This document shows, piece after piece, positions 31,243-42,721 of a stretch of DNA of 64,000 nt. The position numbers and the translations under genes are program-made. The DNA is from an uncultured Gammaproteobacteria bacterium (lineage in GTDB: Bacteria; Pseudomonadota; Gammaproteobacteria; CAWCPV01), in the NCBI GenBank assembly GCA_963797555.1, contig CAWCPV010000007.1, forward strand, positions 288,001 through 352,000. Direction: 5' to 3'. How positions within the stretch are numbered: the first letter of the stretch is position 1; each line of letters starts with the position of its first letter. Below the pieces are notes generated by a model, which was not told where the DNA came from, searched no databases, and saw nothing but the letters and a program-made list of their open reading frames with translations.

Positions 31243-33153
31243 ATGCCGTTGCTGCGCTTCGACAAGGTCTCGCTGGAATACAGCCACCGCCCCCTGCTGG
31301 ACAAGGTAGATCTCGAGGTCCGCCGTGGGGAGCGGGTCTGCCTGGTCGGACGCAATGGCGAAGGCAAGTCTTCGTTGATGCGCATCGCCGCTGGCGAAGT
31401 CACCCCCGATGACGGCACCGTCTGGGTGCGCCCCGGTGCGCGCATCGCCCATCTCCCGCAGGTAAGCGCAATCGACAGCCCCGAGTGCGTCTTCGACGTT
31501 GTTGCCGGTGGGCTGCCGGAGTCGAGCGAAGTGCTTTCCCGCTACCACCGTGCGGCCGAAGAGCTCGCACGCACGCAGACGCCATCCGGGATGAGCCAAC
31601 TGGCCGATTTGCAGCAGGAGCTTGAAGCCGCGGCCGCGTGGCAGCTCGAGCAGCGGGTGGAGAAAGTGCTGTCTCGTTTGGCCCTGGACGGGAGCCTGAG
31701 CCTGCATGCCCTATCCGGCGGCTGGCGGCGGCGCGCCATGCTGGCGCGGGCGCTGGTGTGCGAGCCGGACCTCCTTCTGCTGGACGAGCCCACCAACCAC
31801 CTCGATATCGACGCCATCACGTGGCTGGAAGACTTCCTGGCGAGTTACGCGGGAGCGCTGCTCTTCGTCAGCCACGACCGGGCATTTCTGCGGCGGCTGG
31901 CAACGCGCATGATCGAGCTGGACCGGGGCCGGCTCTCGTCCTGGCCCGGAAATTACGACGCGTATGCGCGCGGGAAGGAAGAGCAACTGGAGGTCGAAGC
32001 ACGGCACAACGCCCTATTCGACAAGAAGCTTTCCCAAGAGGAACGGTGGATCCGCCAGGGCATCAAGGCGCGCCGCACGCGCAACGAGGGGCGTGTCCGC
32101 GCCCTAAAAGCCTTGCGCGAGGAGCGCCGCCGGCGCCGGGAGCGCGTCGGTCAAGCTAACCTGCACCTGGGACAGGCCGAGCAGTCGGGAAGGCTGGTGT
32201 TCGAGGCCGAGCACCTCGACTACGGGTATGGGGATAGTCTGATCGTGCGGGATTTCTCCACCACCGTGATGCGGGGAGATCGGATCGGCATCATCGGGCC
32301 GAACGGGGCCGGCAAGTCCACCCTCATCAGGCTCCTGCTCGGTGAGCTCTCTCCGCAGTGCGGTGACATTCGTCGCGGCACCCATCTGCAGACGGCCTAC
32401 TTCGACCAAGAGCGGCAGCAGCTCGATCGATCGGCCACGCTGATGGACACGGTCGGTGGGGGCCGGCTGACGGTGACGGTCAGCGGTCGAACTCGCCACG
32501 TCTCGGGTTACTTGAAGGACTTCCTGTTTCCCCCGGACCGCCTGCAGTCTCCCGTGAGCACGCTTTCCGGCGGCGAGCGTAACCGGCTGCTGCTCGCGCG
32601 GCTGTTCACCCAGCCAGCCAACCTCCTGGTGCTCGATGAGCCGACCAACGACCTGGATGTCGAAACACTGGAGCTACTGGAGGAGCTGCTGGTGGATTAC
32701 CAGGGCACACTGCTCGTGGTGAGTCACGACCGGGCCTTTCTGGACAATGTGGTCACCAGCACCCTGGCCTTCGAAGGCGGCGGTCGGATCGGAGAGTATG
32801 TGGGCGGCTATGCCGACTGGGTCCGGTACCGGGAGGCCAGCGCCGGGGAGGTAGTCGACGGCGAGCGTCCCGCCAAACCGGCGAGGGAGGCCGGGCCGCA
32901 GAAGCGCAGTGCAAGGCCCCCCAAGCTCTCCTACAAAGACCAACGCGAGCTGGCGGGCCTGCCCGCGAGGATCGAAGCTCTAGAGGTAGAGCAGTCGAAG
33001 CTCCATGCGACGGTAAGCGACCCAAGCTCTTACCAACGACCGGCCGAGCAGATCACGGCCATTCTCCAGCGACTGGACACCGTCACCGGCGAGCTGGAAG
33101 CCTGCTACGCCCGATGGGAAGCGCTGGAATCGGCCGCTGCCGACTTGGCATGA
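31243..33153 (+). CDS. uup: ABC-F ATPase Uup
   Basis: Two ABC cassettes, WIRQGIKARRTRNEGRVRALK linker, KLSYKDQREL C-terminal coiled coil. Confidence 0.95.
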   Translation: MPLLRFDKVSLEYSHRPLLDKVDLEVRRGERVCLVGRNGEGKSSLMRIAAGEVTPDDGTVWVRPGARIAHLPQVSAIDSPECVFDVVAGGLPESSEVLSRYHRAAEELARTQTPSGMSQLADLQQELEAAAAWQLEQRVEKVLSRLALDGSLSLHALSGGWRRRAMLARALVCEPDLLLLDEPTNHLDIDAITWLEDFLASYAGALLFVSHDRAFLRRLATRMIELDRGRLSSWPGNYDAYARGKEEQLEVEARHNALFDKKLSQEERWIRQGIKARRTRNEGRVRALKALREERRRRRERVGQANLHLGQAEQSGRLVFEAEHLDYGYGDSLIVRDFSTTVMRGDRIGIIGPNGAGKSTLIRLLLGELSPQCGDIRRGTHLQTAYFDQERQQLDRSATLMDTVGGGRLTVTVSGRTRHVSGYLKDFLFPPDRLQSPVSTLSGGERNRLLLARLFTQPANLLVLDEPTNDLDVETLELLEELLVDYQGTLLVVSHDRAFLDNVVTSTLAFEGGGRIGEYVGGYADWVRYREASAGEVVDGERPAKPAREAGPQKRSARPPKLSYKDQRELAGLPARIEALEVEQSKLHATVSDPSSYQRPAEQITAILQRLDTVTGELEACYARWEALESAAADLA

Positions 33154-33188
33154 GCCTGGTAGGCACCCGGATGCGAGCCCGGGGTGCT

Positions 33189-33466
33189 GGTGTTCCAGTT
33201 CGCGCCCGGGTGGTCTACGCCAAGAAGAGTCTTCAACACCTCGCAACCTGCGCCGAGTCTCTCGACGAAAAGGGGACGGATTTATTTTTCGCAGATCCTA
33301 CAAGGCGGGACCTGACCCCGGTCTGCGGGTGTTCCAGTTCGCGCCTGGGTGGTCTACGCCAGGAAGAGTCTTCAACACCTCGCAACCTGCGCCGAGTCTC
33401 TCGACGAAAAGGGGACGGATTTATTTTTCGCAGATCCTACAAGGCGGGACCTGACCCCGGTCTGCG
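33189..33466 (+). repeat. Two tandem 139-bp repeats; partial third copy at about 34298-34356
   Basis: Near-identical units containing AAGGGGACGGATTTATTT and CCTGACCCC. Confidence 0.9.
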
Positions 33467-33705
33467 CTATACCGAGGTCGCGGGCGATGCTCTGACCCTG
33501 CCCGACTTCTTGGAGCGGCGATTTCACGATGCCAGCCGGGTGCTGCGCTGGGCGAGCGCCGGCTTCACCCTGCTGTTCTTCACATTCTATGCGAGTCGGG
33601 ATTCGTCGCGGGCGGCAAGCTGTTTCAGTCGGTCTTCGGCTTGCCTTATGGCGAAGCGGTCGCCGCCGACGCGCTGGCGGTCATAGCAAGCGTACCCTGG
33701 GTGGA
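33465..33705 (+). pseudogene. Internal fragment of a Na+/proline symporter (PutP-like)
   Basis: YTEVAGDALTLPDFLERRF...LLFFTFYAS / GGKLFQSVFGL. Confidence 0.7.
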
Positions 33706-33780
33706 ACCAAGCGGAACCCAGGAATCAACGGTTCAGCCTAACTCGTGCTAGGCTAAATGCGAGCGAACCGAGATTGTTCC

Positions 33781-34110
33781 ATGAGCGTCGTGATCCGAGC
33801 CGATTCCCCGCCTTTGCACCAGGACCCCACGGGCGCCCTGCGCGTCGGCGCCTCTCGTGTCCTCTTGGAACTCGTCATCCGGGCGTTCCAGGACGGTGCA
33901 ACTCCAGAGACGATTGTCCAACGGTATCCTACGACGACACTGCCGGATGTTTACGCTGTCATCGCCTATTACTTGCGTCACCGAGAGGAGGTCGAAGCGT
34001 ACCTCACGCAACGAGAGAACCAGGCTGGCGAGACTCGGCAGCGGATCGAACATCGGCAGGGCGACCTTGGAGAGCTACGCCGCCGGTTGCTTGCCCGACG
34101 AGACGCATGA
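33781..34110 (+). CDS. DUF433 antitoxin-like protein
   Basis: LRVGASRVLLELVIRAFQDGATPETIVQRYPT..LPDVYAVIAYYL. Confidence 0.88.
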   Translation: MSVVIRADSPPLHQDPTGALRVGASRVLLELVIRAFQDGATPETIVQRYPTTTLPDVYAVIAYYLRHREEVEAYLTQRENQAGETRQRIEHRQGDLGELRRRLLARRDA

Positions 34111-34119
34111 GAATGGGCT

Positions 34120-34290
34120 ATGTTGCGTCTGGTGAGCGATGAAAACTTCAACGGAGATATCGTCCGCGGGTTGCTCCTACGCCGTCCGACCCTCGATCTA
34201 GTTCGCCTGCAAGACACCGGATTAGAGGGCGTCGAAGACCCGGCCGTATTGGCTTGGGCAGCGGAGCATAACAGGATTCTGCTGACCCAT
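34120..34290 (+). pseudogene. DUF5615 PIN-like toxin, 3'-truncated copy
   Basis: LVSDENF...DPAVLAWAAEHNRILLTH, then cut by a partial 139-bp repeat. Confidence 0.8.
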
Positions 34291-34367
34291 CCTTTCCCTA
34301 CGCCAGGAAAAGTCTTCAACACCTCGCAAAGATGCTATAAGGCGGGACTTGACCCAGCTGTCAGTCT

Positions 34368-35054
34368 CGGGCGGCAAGCTGTTTCAGTCGGTCTTCGGCT
34401 TGCCTTATGGCGAAGCGGTCGCCGCCGACGCGCTGGCGGTCATAGCAAGCGTACCCTGGGTGGAACCAAGCGGAACCCAGGAATCAACGGTTCAGCCTAA
34501 CTCGTGCTAGGCTAAATGGGAGCGACGAGATTGTTCCATGAGCGTCGTGATCCCGAGCCGATTCCCCGCCTTTGCACCAGGACCCCGACGGGCGCCCTGC
34601 GCGTCGGCGCCTCTGTGTCCTCTTGGAACTCGCCGACTCATCCGGAGTGTTCCAGGACGGTGTAACCCCAGAGACCATTGTCCAACGTATCCTACAATGA
34701 CACTGCCGGATGTTTACGCTGTCATCGCCGATTAATCTGCGTCACCGAGAGGAGGTTGAAGCGTACCTCACGCAACGAGAGAAGCAGGCCGGCGAGACTC
34801 GGCAGCGGATTGAACGTCGGCAGGGCGACCTTGGAGAGCTACGCCGCCGGTTGCTTGCCCGACGAGACGCATAAGAATGGGCTATGTTGCGTCTGGTGAG
34901 CGATGAAAACTTCAACGGAGATATCGTCCGCGGGTCGCTCCTACGCCGTCCGACCCTCGATCTGGTTCGCTTGCGAGACACCGGATTAGAGGGCGTCGAA
35001 GACCCGGCCGTATTGGCTTGGGCAGCGGAGCAGAACAGGATTCTGCTGACCCAT
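34368..35054 (+). repeat. Second, diverged copy of 33609-34290 containing a degraded DUF433 gene
   Basis: Colinear near-identity; the DUF433 copy (34538 to about 34874) has indels and an early stop. Confidence 0.88.
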
Positions 35055-35232
35055 GATCGAGCAACTATGCCCGATTTTGCATACGCCAGGATGGTGGGGT
35101 CAGCCAATGCCTGGCGTGTTCGTTGTAAATGATCGCCTCCCCGTACGGCAGGCGATTGATGAGTTGCTGCTGGTGGATGCTTGCAGCGAGCAGGCGGAGT
35201 GGGCCGGATTGGTGTTGTATCTACCCTTGTGA
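34884..35232 (+). CDS. DUF5615 PIN-like toxin, full length with one apparent frameshift
   Basis: DENF...ILLTHDRATMPDFA, then MPGVFVVNDRLPVRQAIDELLL...YLPL in the next frame. Confidence 0.75.
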
Positions 35233-35471
35233 GTCCCAGCCCCTGACCCACGTGCTATCACGCGAGAACTGACCGGAGCCGGCTAGAAGGGTGAGCCCAG
35301 CCCCTGCTGCTGATGCAGCGGTAGCACGGGGCTTGGAGCGGGGAACATATCGAGTACGACCCCATTTCATCCGACCCCATTTCATCCGCGCAAACTTCAG
35401 CCTACCCGTCGGCAAGGAACCGGCTTACTCAACGGTTGCTTCAGTTCCGGAGATTGGTGACTGACCGACAG

Positions 35472-35672
35472 TCACGGGATTCCACGGAGAAGACGAAATA
35501 AAAACCGAGCCAGCCGAAAAGGCGCCAAAAATAACGCCCTTACTACGTACGCCGCCAATGTGCCAACCATTTCTCCCCACCCCTCTTTTCCTAGGCTGAA
35601 TCTTCCCAACGCTACCAGCATGACAACCAACATGCCGCCGGCCACGAGTAATGGAAGTGCAGTCTCCTTCAT
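35472..35672 (-). CDS. Small two-helix membrane protein
   Basis: 66 aa, hydrophobic, GAGG RBS. Confidence 0.5.
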   Translation of the reverse strand: MKETALPLLVAGGMLVVMLVALGRFSLGKEGWGEMVGTLAAYVVRALFLAPFRLARFLFRLLRGIP

Positions 35673-35860
35673 CCTCTTGGTCCTCTCCTAAGATCCCGTT
35701 CATCCGACGCCAGCGGCAACGCAGCGCACGCATCTGTGGGTTAGCTTCGTCCGGCAATCGCAATACTGTTTCCCCGAGGTGGGAGAGGCCGTGGCCGTTC
35801 GCCGGTAACCGGTCCTGTGGGCGACGCGGGCGACCACATTTGCCAATCCGTGCAATCGCT

Positions 35861-35998
35861 TCACCGTTTTTTCTCGTACACGTAACCCGTCCCATTACAA
35901 TTAGGGCAAGTCTTCTCTTTTCCTGGTCCTAACAAACCACGGTCACGGACGGTCCCTTTGCCGCGACACCTTGGACACTCGATCTTCTTCTCGGCCAT
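35861..35998 (-). CDS. 45-aa standalone DnaJ-type zinc finger protein (not in the ORF track)
   Basis: Manual translation MAEKKIECPRCRGKGTVRDRGLLGPGKEKTCPNCNGTGYVYEKKR*; two CxxCxGxG motifs. Confidence 0.75.
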   Translation of the reverse strand: MAEKKIECPRCRGKGTVRDRGLLGPGKEKTCPNCNGTGYVYEKKR

Positions 35999-36050
35999 TT
36001 TTAAGGTTCCCTCACATTTTAACGTCGCAGATTCCATCTTGATCCGGTCC

Positions 36051-37514
36051 TCAGTATATCTCCATTTGCAGTAACGTCATGACCAGGTTCCCGCTTGCCT
36101 TAGCCAGAAGGTCCCCGTAAATCCCGGACTCTTCTCGCAGGTTCTTCTCCGCCATAGCACTGGTGTGCTCTTTTATAACAAACTGTGAAATAAGTTTATG
36201 TTTATTCGTTGAAAACGCCTTTACACGAACCTCTGCCGTATACTCGGTTGCTATTCTCCGCCCTTATTTAGGTTGCCTGCTACAACGTTTCTCGCCGGAC
36301 CAGACAATTCTGTAACGCCATCCTTTAGCCGTGCCAGATCTCGGCTCGTGTGAATATCTAAGACAAGGATGATTCTTATATCCTGTTTGCGAGATTCAGT
36401 AAGTAGCCTTTCCATATCCGTTGGGGATTCTCTCGCTTGGCGATTTCCCCGTTCTCCCATTAGAAACATTTCATGTATGCCAGTTTCTGACGCCTTTGCT
36501 CCAATAATATTGCCCACAAACATCGTGCCACTCTCGGGGCTAAACACCAGACCTACCTTCAAAGGTTGTCGCAATCGCTCGACCCAACGGGTACTATCTT
36601 CTCCCTCCTGGCTGCGCGGAACACGCCCCGCTAGTTGTCGGAATCCCTCTAGCGCGTGTTCCTTGTCGCCGTGAAAAAGTTGCATACCGCCACATAGAAC
36701 TTGGTAGAGAGATCGTCTGGAGCAAGCCGCTCGGCTCTTTCGAACGAATACAAAGCCTGAAAATAAGTTTTGTTCGTGAACTGATGTAGGCCCTTGTGAT
36801 AATAGGACTGGTATAACGCAAAATCAGAAATGTTGCTTTGATTTGTCAATGTGGCCAATCGCTTTATTTCCAGGAGCGAGTATAGTTCTTTCGGAGGGCG
36901 CTTCTCGAAATCCTTGATGATGTTCAGTGCGGCCCTTAAAGCCGCGGCGTAGGCTACCTTTCCTACTTGGTCCATGCCAGCCAAGAACGTTGTTACGAAG
37001 TTCAGCGTGCCGCTCTGGCTAGTGCCGGTACGTTCATCCTGCCATAGGACCCTGCCGCTCAAATCGTAGGCAGTTATCCGAAGTGTTATCGCGGCTTCAA
37101 TAGTTCCGCTGGCTATACCAATGGCATTCCCGTAGCAATATAGAACCTCAGGTACCACTACCGCTTCTACGTCGGGTTTATTGGCCCCTAGATACGGCGG
37201 CGCTTGCGATACGTAGACCGCGTCCTGGAACAGACTGCCCACCATCTGCCTAGAAATAGGCACGAGATACTCGCCAACGTTCATCCTAAATAACATACCA
37301 AGTTTTTGTTGAGTATATACGTAGTGTTTAAGATCATCGGCGATATAAATCCCAACCTTGGCAGGGATGATGCTTTGTCTCGGAAGAGCTAGCGCTAGGT
37401 CTCGCGAAACATCAGTTCGCAATGGTAGGTGTGGGCACACCCGGGAAGCGTGGCAAGTAAGGAAATGGCAAGCAAAGTCACCAGTGGCATACGGTGTCGT
37501 GTGAGATTGGGCAT
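36051..37514 (-). CDS. TPR-containing lipoprotein; several apparent frameshifts
   Basis: Signal peptide with lipobox LPG-C from ATG 37514; TPR-like YYHKGL...QALYSFERAERLAPDD; pieces 36649..37440, 36251..36685, 36051 to about 36250; low GC. Confidence 0.6.
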
Positions 37515-37730
37515 TGTAGAGTCCAGCCTTATGCTATAAGTCGTCTTTTGACTTCGGTGCAAAGCTCCGCCGTGTTATTTTTGGTGGCTTTGCGTGATTA
37601 GCATCTATGCCCTGAGGGACTATAAGTACAGGTGGTGCACCAAGAGGGGCTGGTCCAGATTGGGACACGACCGACGCTTCTTGATGTTGACCACGGATAA
37701 CTGCCTGTGAAGCCGCTGTGGGCTCAATCA

Positions 37731-39686
37731 CTATAGCAAGCGGGCACGCGTTGCCGTCACAGGTGGAGAAACACCAGAACACGTCCGAACGGAGCCCCAG
37801 TCCTTAGAGCGAAAGTACAGGATGACATGCGCAGAATCCTGTCGCATCGCACGCCTTCCGGTCTCCCAGTCGACATCGCCACGGCCGATGCGGAAGTAAA
37901 GTTCGTCGTAACTACTGCACATGAAGCCATATTGTGCGTTATTGTCGTCGGCCTTAATCGAGAATGACCAGAAGCCGCCAGACCCGGCTGCTTCTACGAC
38001 CGTTGTTATTCTTCCGGACAACGTCACGATTCCTTGAGCTAGGATCCTTTCGACGAGGCCAGCTTGTTGGTTCAGCCGAACGCGTTCGGCGACAAGTTGC
38101 CGCTTACTGGGCCTCGTTCGCAGCATCATTCTCCTGGACAACCCCAGGTACGCGCTCCGGCGCCCATGTAGTGGCGTCACGTGGTTTATTGCCAATCGTG
38201 TAGATGACTCCGATAACCAATGCCACCACAACCAAGGCCACGAAGCGCGGCCAAGTGGGTTTGGGCTGAAAAGGTGTGGTGGGGGCGGGAGGAGGAGTCT
38301 GCGTCGGCTGGTATTGGGCCGGGCGCTTGCGGGGCACCCCGCGGCCCGTACATCCGGTCGAGGCTGGCCTGTGCGCCCACATTGCCCTGCTCGGCAGCCA
38401 GCCGATACCACTTCACCGCGTCGACATCGTTCTGGGGCACGCCGCGGCCATTCTGGTACATGGCTCCAAGGTATTTCTGGCCGAACGCGTTGCCCTGCTC
38501 GGCCGCCAGCCGATACCACTTCACCGCCTCGGCATCGTTCTGGGGCACGCCGCGGCCGTTCTGGTACATCCAGCCGAGGTTGACCTCGCGCGTCCACGTC
38601 GCCCTGCTCGGCCGCCAGCCGATACCACTTCACCGCCTCGACATCGTTCTGGGGCACGCCGCGGCCATTCTGGTACATCAAGCCGAGGCTGTGCTGACCG
38701 AACGCGTCGCCCTGCTCGGCAGCCAGCCGATCCACTTCACCGCCTCGGCATCGTTCTGGGGCACGCCGCGGCCATTCTGGTACGTCGCTCCGAGGTTGTT
38801 CTGGCTGAACGCGTTGCCCTGCTCGGCCGCCAGCCGATACCACTTCAACGCCTCGGCATCGTTCTGGGGCACGCCGCGGCCGTCCTGGTACATGCAGCCG
38901 AGGTTGTGCTGCCCGTCAGCGTCGCCCTGCTCGGCCGCCAGCCGATACCACTTCACCGCCTCGGCATCGTTCTGGGGCACGCCGCGGCCGTCCTGGTACA
39001 TGCAGCCGAGGTTGTGCTGCCCGCCAGCGTCGCCTTGCTCCGCTGCCAGCCGATACCACTTCAGCGCCTCGACATCGTTCTGGGGCACGGCGCGGCCATT
39101 CTGGTACATCCAGCCGAGGCTGTTCTGGCCGAACGCGTTGCCCTGCTCGGCCGCCAGCCGATACCACTTCAGCGCCTCGGCATCGTTCTGGGGCACGCCG
39201 CGGCCGTCCCGGCACAGGACGCCCAGGTACACCTGCGCGTACGGCGTGGCCCTGTTCGGCCAGAGGTCGGAAGTTACTAAGCGCCGCCGCAAAGTCGCCC
39301 CGATTATAGGCTTCGAGCCCGGCTTGATAGCTTCCCTCGGCAGCGTCTGCAGTGCGGCGTCGACCCCGACTCGGAGTCGGTGAATGTCCCAGCACCCACA
39401 CCCAGGACTCCACCGCCCAGCGGGCCTTTTCGGGTGCCAGACCAAGGTGTTCTTCGAGCTGCCGGACCAAACGTGACTCCAGCAGGGCCTGCGGCGCGCC
39501 GGCCCCCGATGCGGAGAGTTGCTGGGGCACGCGCTCCCGCTGGGCACTCACCAGCAGGAAGATTTCTAACCGGTGCTGAGCGCACAGGTCTCTGAGTAAC
39601 GCCTCGCAGCGGCGGGGGTCGTCGCACAGCTCCGCGCCGTGCTGCGCGATAAGGTCACGCAGGATCTGGCGGGGCAGGTCGTTCAT
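37731..39686 (-). CDS. Sel1-like repeat protein: N-terminal helical domain, about 8 SLRs, Pro-rich linker, TM helix, C-terminal domain; apparent frameshifts
   Basis: 108-bp repeats encoding Q.NLG.MYQNGRGVPQNDAEAVKWYRLAAEQG; TM FVALVVVALVIGVIY. Confidence 0.85.
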
Positions 39687-40539
39687 CGGCCGGGTGTTCC
39701 CCCCTCACTGGCCACGCGATAGACGATGCCGACCGTGACATCGTCACCGCTGCCGCACCGTGACGCCTCCGCGAGCCAACCTTCAAGATTCTGCTCCACC
39801 ACTTGCGGGCCTTCGTCCCGAATCAGTTGCAGCAAATCCATGCCGACCCGCCGGAAGCTCTGTTCATCGCGGAAGGAGTTGGCATAGCCATCGGTGGAGG
39901 CCAGGATCAGCGCCGGCGGGGAACCCGCGATGAGGTGAAAAGTGGTCCGCACCTCGTGCCACGCGTGTTCCTGGCAAAGAGAGGAGGTTTCGTTGGCCAT
40001 CAACCGCTCGTCCCGCGGTAGCGGTCGCTCGACCTCGCCGCTTTCGGATACCGCCAGGATGTCGCCATCACCGAGCTGCAGGTAGAAGATGAAGGCGTCC
40101 GTCACTACTACCGAGAGCAGGGTGGAACCGTAGGCCAACCAGCGGCGCGAGCCGCCAGCGTCCAGAAGGCGCAGGGTCGACTTCTCCGCTTCGCTGAACG
40201 GGTGGACCCGATATCCCCGTCCACCCGCTCCCGCCAGCGCTGTACAAGTGCGCGCGGCAGGTCGTTTTCCGCCCAGTGCTTCACCCCTGTGAGACCTTGC
40301 CCCGTAGCGCACAGTCGGCGCGCCAGCTCGCGGGCCGCCAAGACCGCGAACCCGGCCCCCCGGTCGCTGCGGAAGCTCCTGGCGCTTCCGTGCCCGTCGG
40401 CGAGCGCCAGGATCAGCGGCTCGCCGGCTGCGGTGTTCGGAACATGCAGCCGATCCTGATTGGGCAATCCGCTGCGGCTATGAGCGGCACCGATGACACT
40501 CTTGCCGATGGCCCGCCACCGATGAGGGCTACCAGACAT
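39683..40539 (-). CDS. PP2C-family phosphatase (TerY-P type); apparent frameshift
   Basis: SVIGAAH..SGLPNQD, ALADGHGS, QLGDGD, ETSSLC, STDG, GDDVT. Confidence 0.9.
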
Positions 40540-41242
40540 CGTCCGCAGTATCTGGAGCCGGTTCGGGCGCGGCGGGTACGGGTACGTTCAGTCCGGAGCC
40601 GGTGTGTCCGGGTGCCTGGCTGGCCGGGGCGGAAGCCGATTTGAGCACGGCGGTGGACACCCACTTGATGTGCCGCACCAACGCCTCGGGGTTGGCGGCC
40701 TGCAGCGGCTTCAGCTCCGGATGGCCGATGAACTTCTGCAACACCTCGAGATCGGCGTCCCCTCCAATGGCGATGGCAATGCGCACGGCCTTCTTTCCCC
40801 AGGGTTCCTCCATCAGGGCGGCCAGCCCGCCGTTGAAGTCGTCCGTCGGCATGCCATCGGATACAAGCACCAGCACGGGCGGCAGGGCGCGGTCCGTCAT
40901 CGGGGGCATGCGGACTGTTCGGCCACCATCCTCAGCGCGTGTCCCATGTCGGTCACGCCCCCGGCTTCAAGGTTCTCCCAGCGGAAATGCGCCACCGGGG
41001 TCGGTTGGGAAATGTGCCACTGCGCACCGGAGGAGAACCGCAGGGCACGCACCAGAACGTCCGCGTTCGGGGTTTTCGTCGGCGACGCTTTGCATGTGGG
41101 GGATCGCCTCGCGGATTGCGTTGTTGAGCGTCTGGATCTTGCCGTCGATGTCCATGGAGCCGGAGCAATCGGCGATCCAGATGAAATGCAGCGGGCGCGT
41201 GGCCAGCTCGCCGCCGGGCCGTCGAACGGGATTGGTGGGCAT
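40529..41242 (-). CDS. terY: TerY-like vWA domain protein; apparent frameshifts
   Basis: RRPGGELATRPLHFIWIADCSGSM (MIDAS), LVLVSDGMPTDD, RIAIAIG. Confidence 0.88.
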
Positions 41243-41332
41243 GGTGGGCCTCGTTGGTCTCCAGGATCAGCGGATCGGGTTGGTCGGATTCGTTTCTTAT
41301 GGGCCTGTCGGGGGGTGCCGATTCCCTCCGGC

Positions 41333-42655
41333 TCAGCCCAGGATTTCGGCTTCGGCGTACCCGAAGTTTACCCGCGTGCCCACTGCCAGGCTCAGGCTGC
41401 GCCCCGGCTCCACATCGCGGATGGCACCCTCGGCGGTGGTGATTACGCAGCGCTCGTTTGACAGGTTCTTCAGTCCCCAGCGGTCGGGGTCCACCGGATG
41501 CCGCGTCACCTCGGCCACGGGCGCGGAAAAATCGTAACGGCGCTGAGGATCGGTGTGATCGGGAAAAATCCGCGTATCGTGGTTGAGCATCACGGTTGCC
41601 TTGCCGATCTGCAGCCGCGGCGGTGGAGCGCAACCCGTGTCTGCATGCCCAACAGGTGCCGGGTCGCCCAGGCTGCGTTTTCGGCCCTTCTGCCCCAAAG
41701 AAATTCTCCGCCCCGCAATGGGCGCAGTAGAAGATGGCGTCCCGGAGCCGCACCATGGCCCCCCGCCACTCGCTTTCGCGCACCCGGCCGTGGAGCGGAT
41801 CGTGGAGGCCGTCGGTAAACGCCTTCGTGAAGAGATCCTGCAGAAAGGGGGGATAGATCGCCCAGTACTCGATCGCATTGTCGTGGAGGCCCGGCACCGG
41901 GCGGTTGCTCGGTCGGCCAGGTCGTAGATAAACAGCGGCCTGTTCCGTGCCGTAGAGCTTGTTCATTGCCGGGAGATCGAAACAGCGAATGGCGCTCTCT
42001 TTCTTACCCTCCAAGGGGTGATGGACCACAAACAGATAGAACAGCAGCACCGCCAGCGAGTACAGGTCGGTTTCCGTGCTCGGTACGGCATCGCCCCGCA
42101 CCACCTCAGGGGCCATAAAGCGCGGTGTGCCCAGCACGCCCCCGGCTGCATGGCCATCGACGCCGACGTTGTCGTTATCGCAGATCTGCGCCTCACCGCT
42201 ATCGGGATCGCAGAACACATTCCCGAAGGGGGATGTCTCGATAACACATCCCTTTGGCGTGCGACTGGAGGAAGCTGTCGGCAAGCAGAAAACCTGCCGT
42301 CGCCAGCACCCGGAAACTGGGCTCGACCCGCCGCTTCATCAGATCGACGATGCTGCGGTAGTGCGCTTCGCGTAGCGGCATCAGATAGCCGAATCCCCGG
42401 CACATCGTTCGCCGTGAGCATTGCCATCGGCCACAGGAAGCGAGCGTCGGGCGCCCCCCGATTGATGAGGGTCTGCAGCATCTGCTGCTGCTCCGAAGTG
42501 GCCGTTTGGGGGAAATACCACTTCAGGGCCAGCGCCTTGTCTTCGATCTCGACGCGATACACCTCTCCCTGACCGCCACCGCCAAGAAACCGCTCCACGC
42601 GACAAGGCGTGGTCTCCGCCTGCAGCGTCGATCCGATCTTCAGGAGCTGATTCAT
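41333..42655 (-). CDS. Ser/Thr protein kinase (TerY-P type) with C-terminal Zn ribbon and FHA-like beta domain; apparent frameshifts
   Basis: LGGGGQGEVY, ALKWY, CYRDI, ICDNDN, GTPRFMAPE, HHPLEG; CAHC...CWAC. Confidence 0.9.
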
Positions 42656-42721
42656 TCCTTCGTGTCCTCTCGTTAGGGCCACCGGCCCCGGTCCTGGCGC
42701 CCAAGCTCGTCTGGGGCTGAT

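Noticed and set aside
33189-33466. 139-bp tandem repeat as CRISPR
   Set aside because: Only two full contiguous units and no unique spacers.
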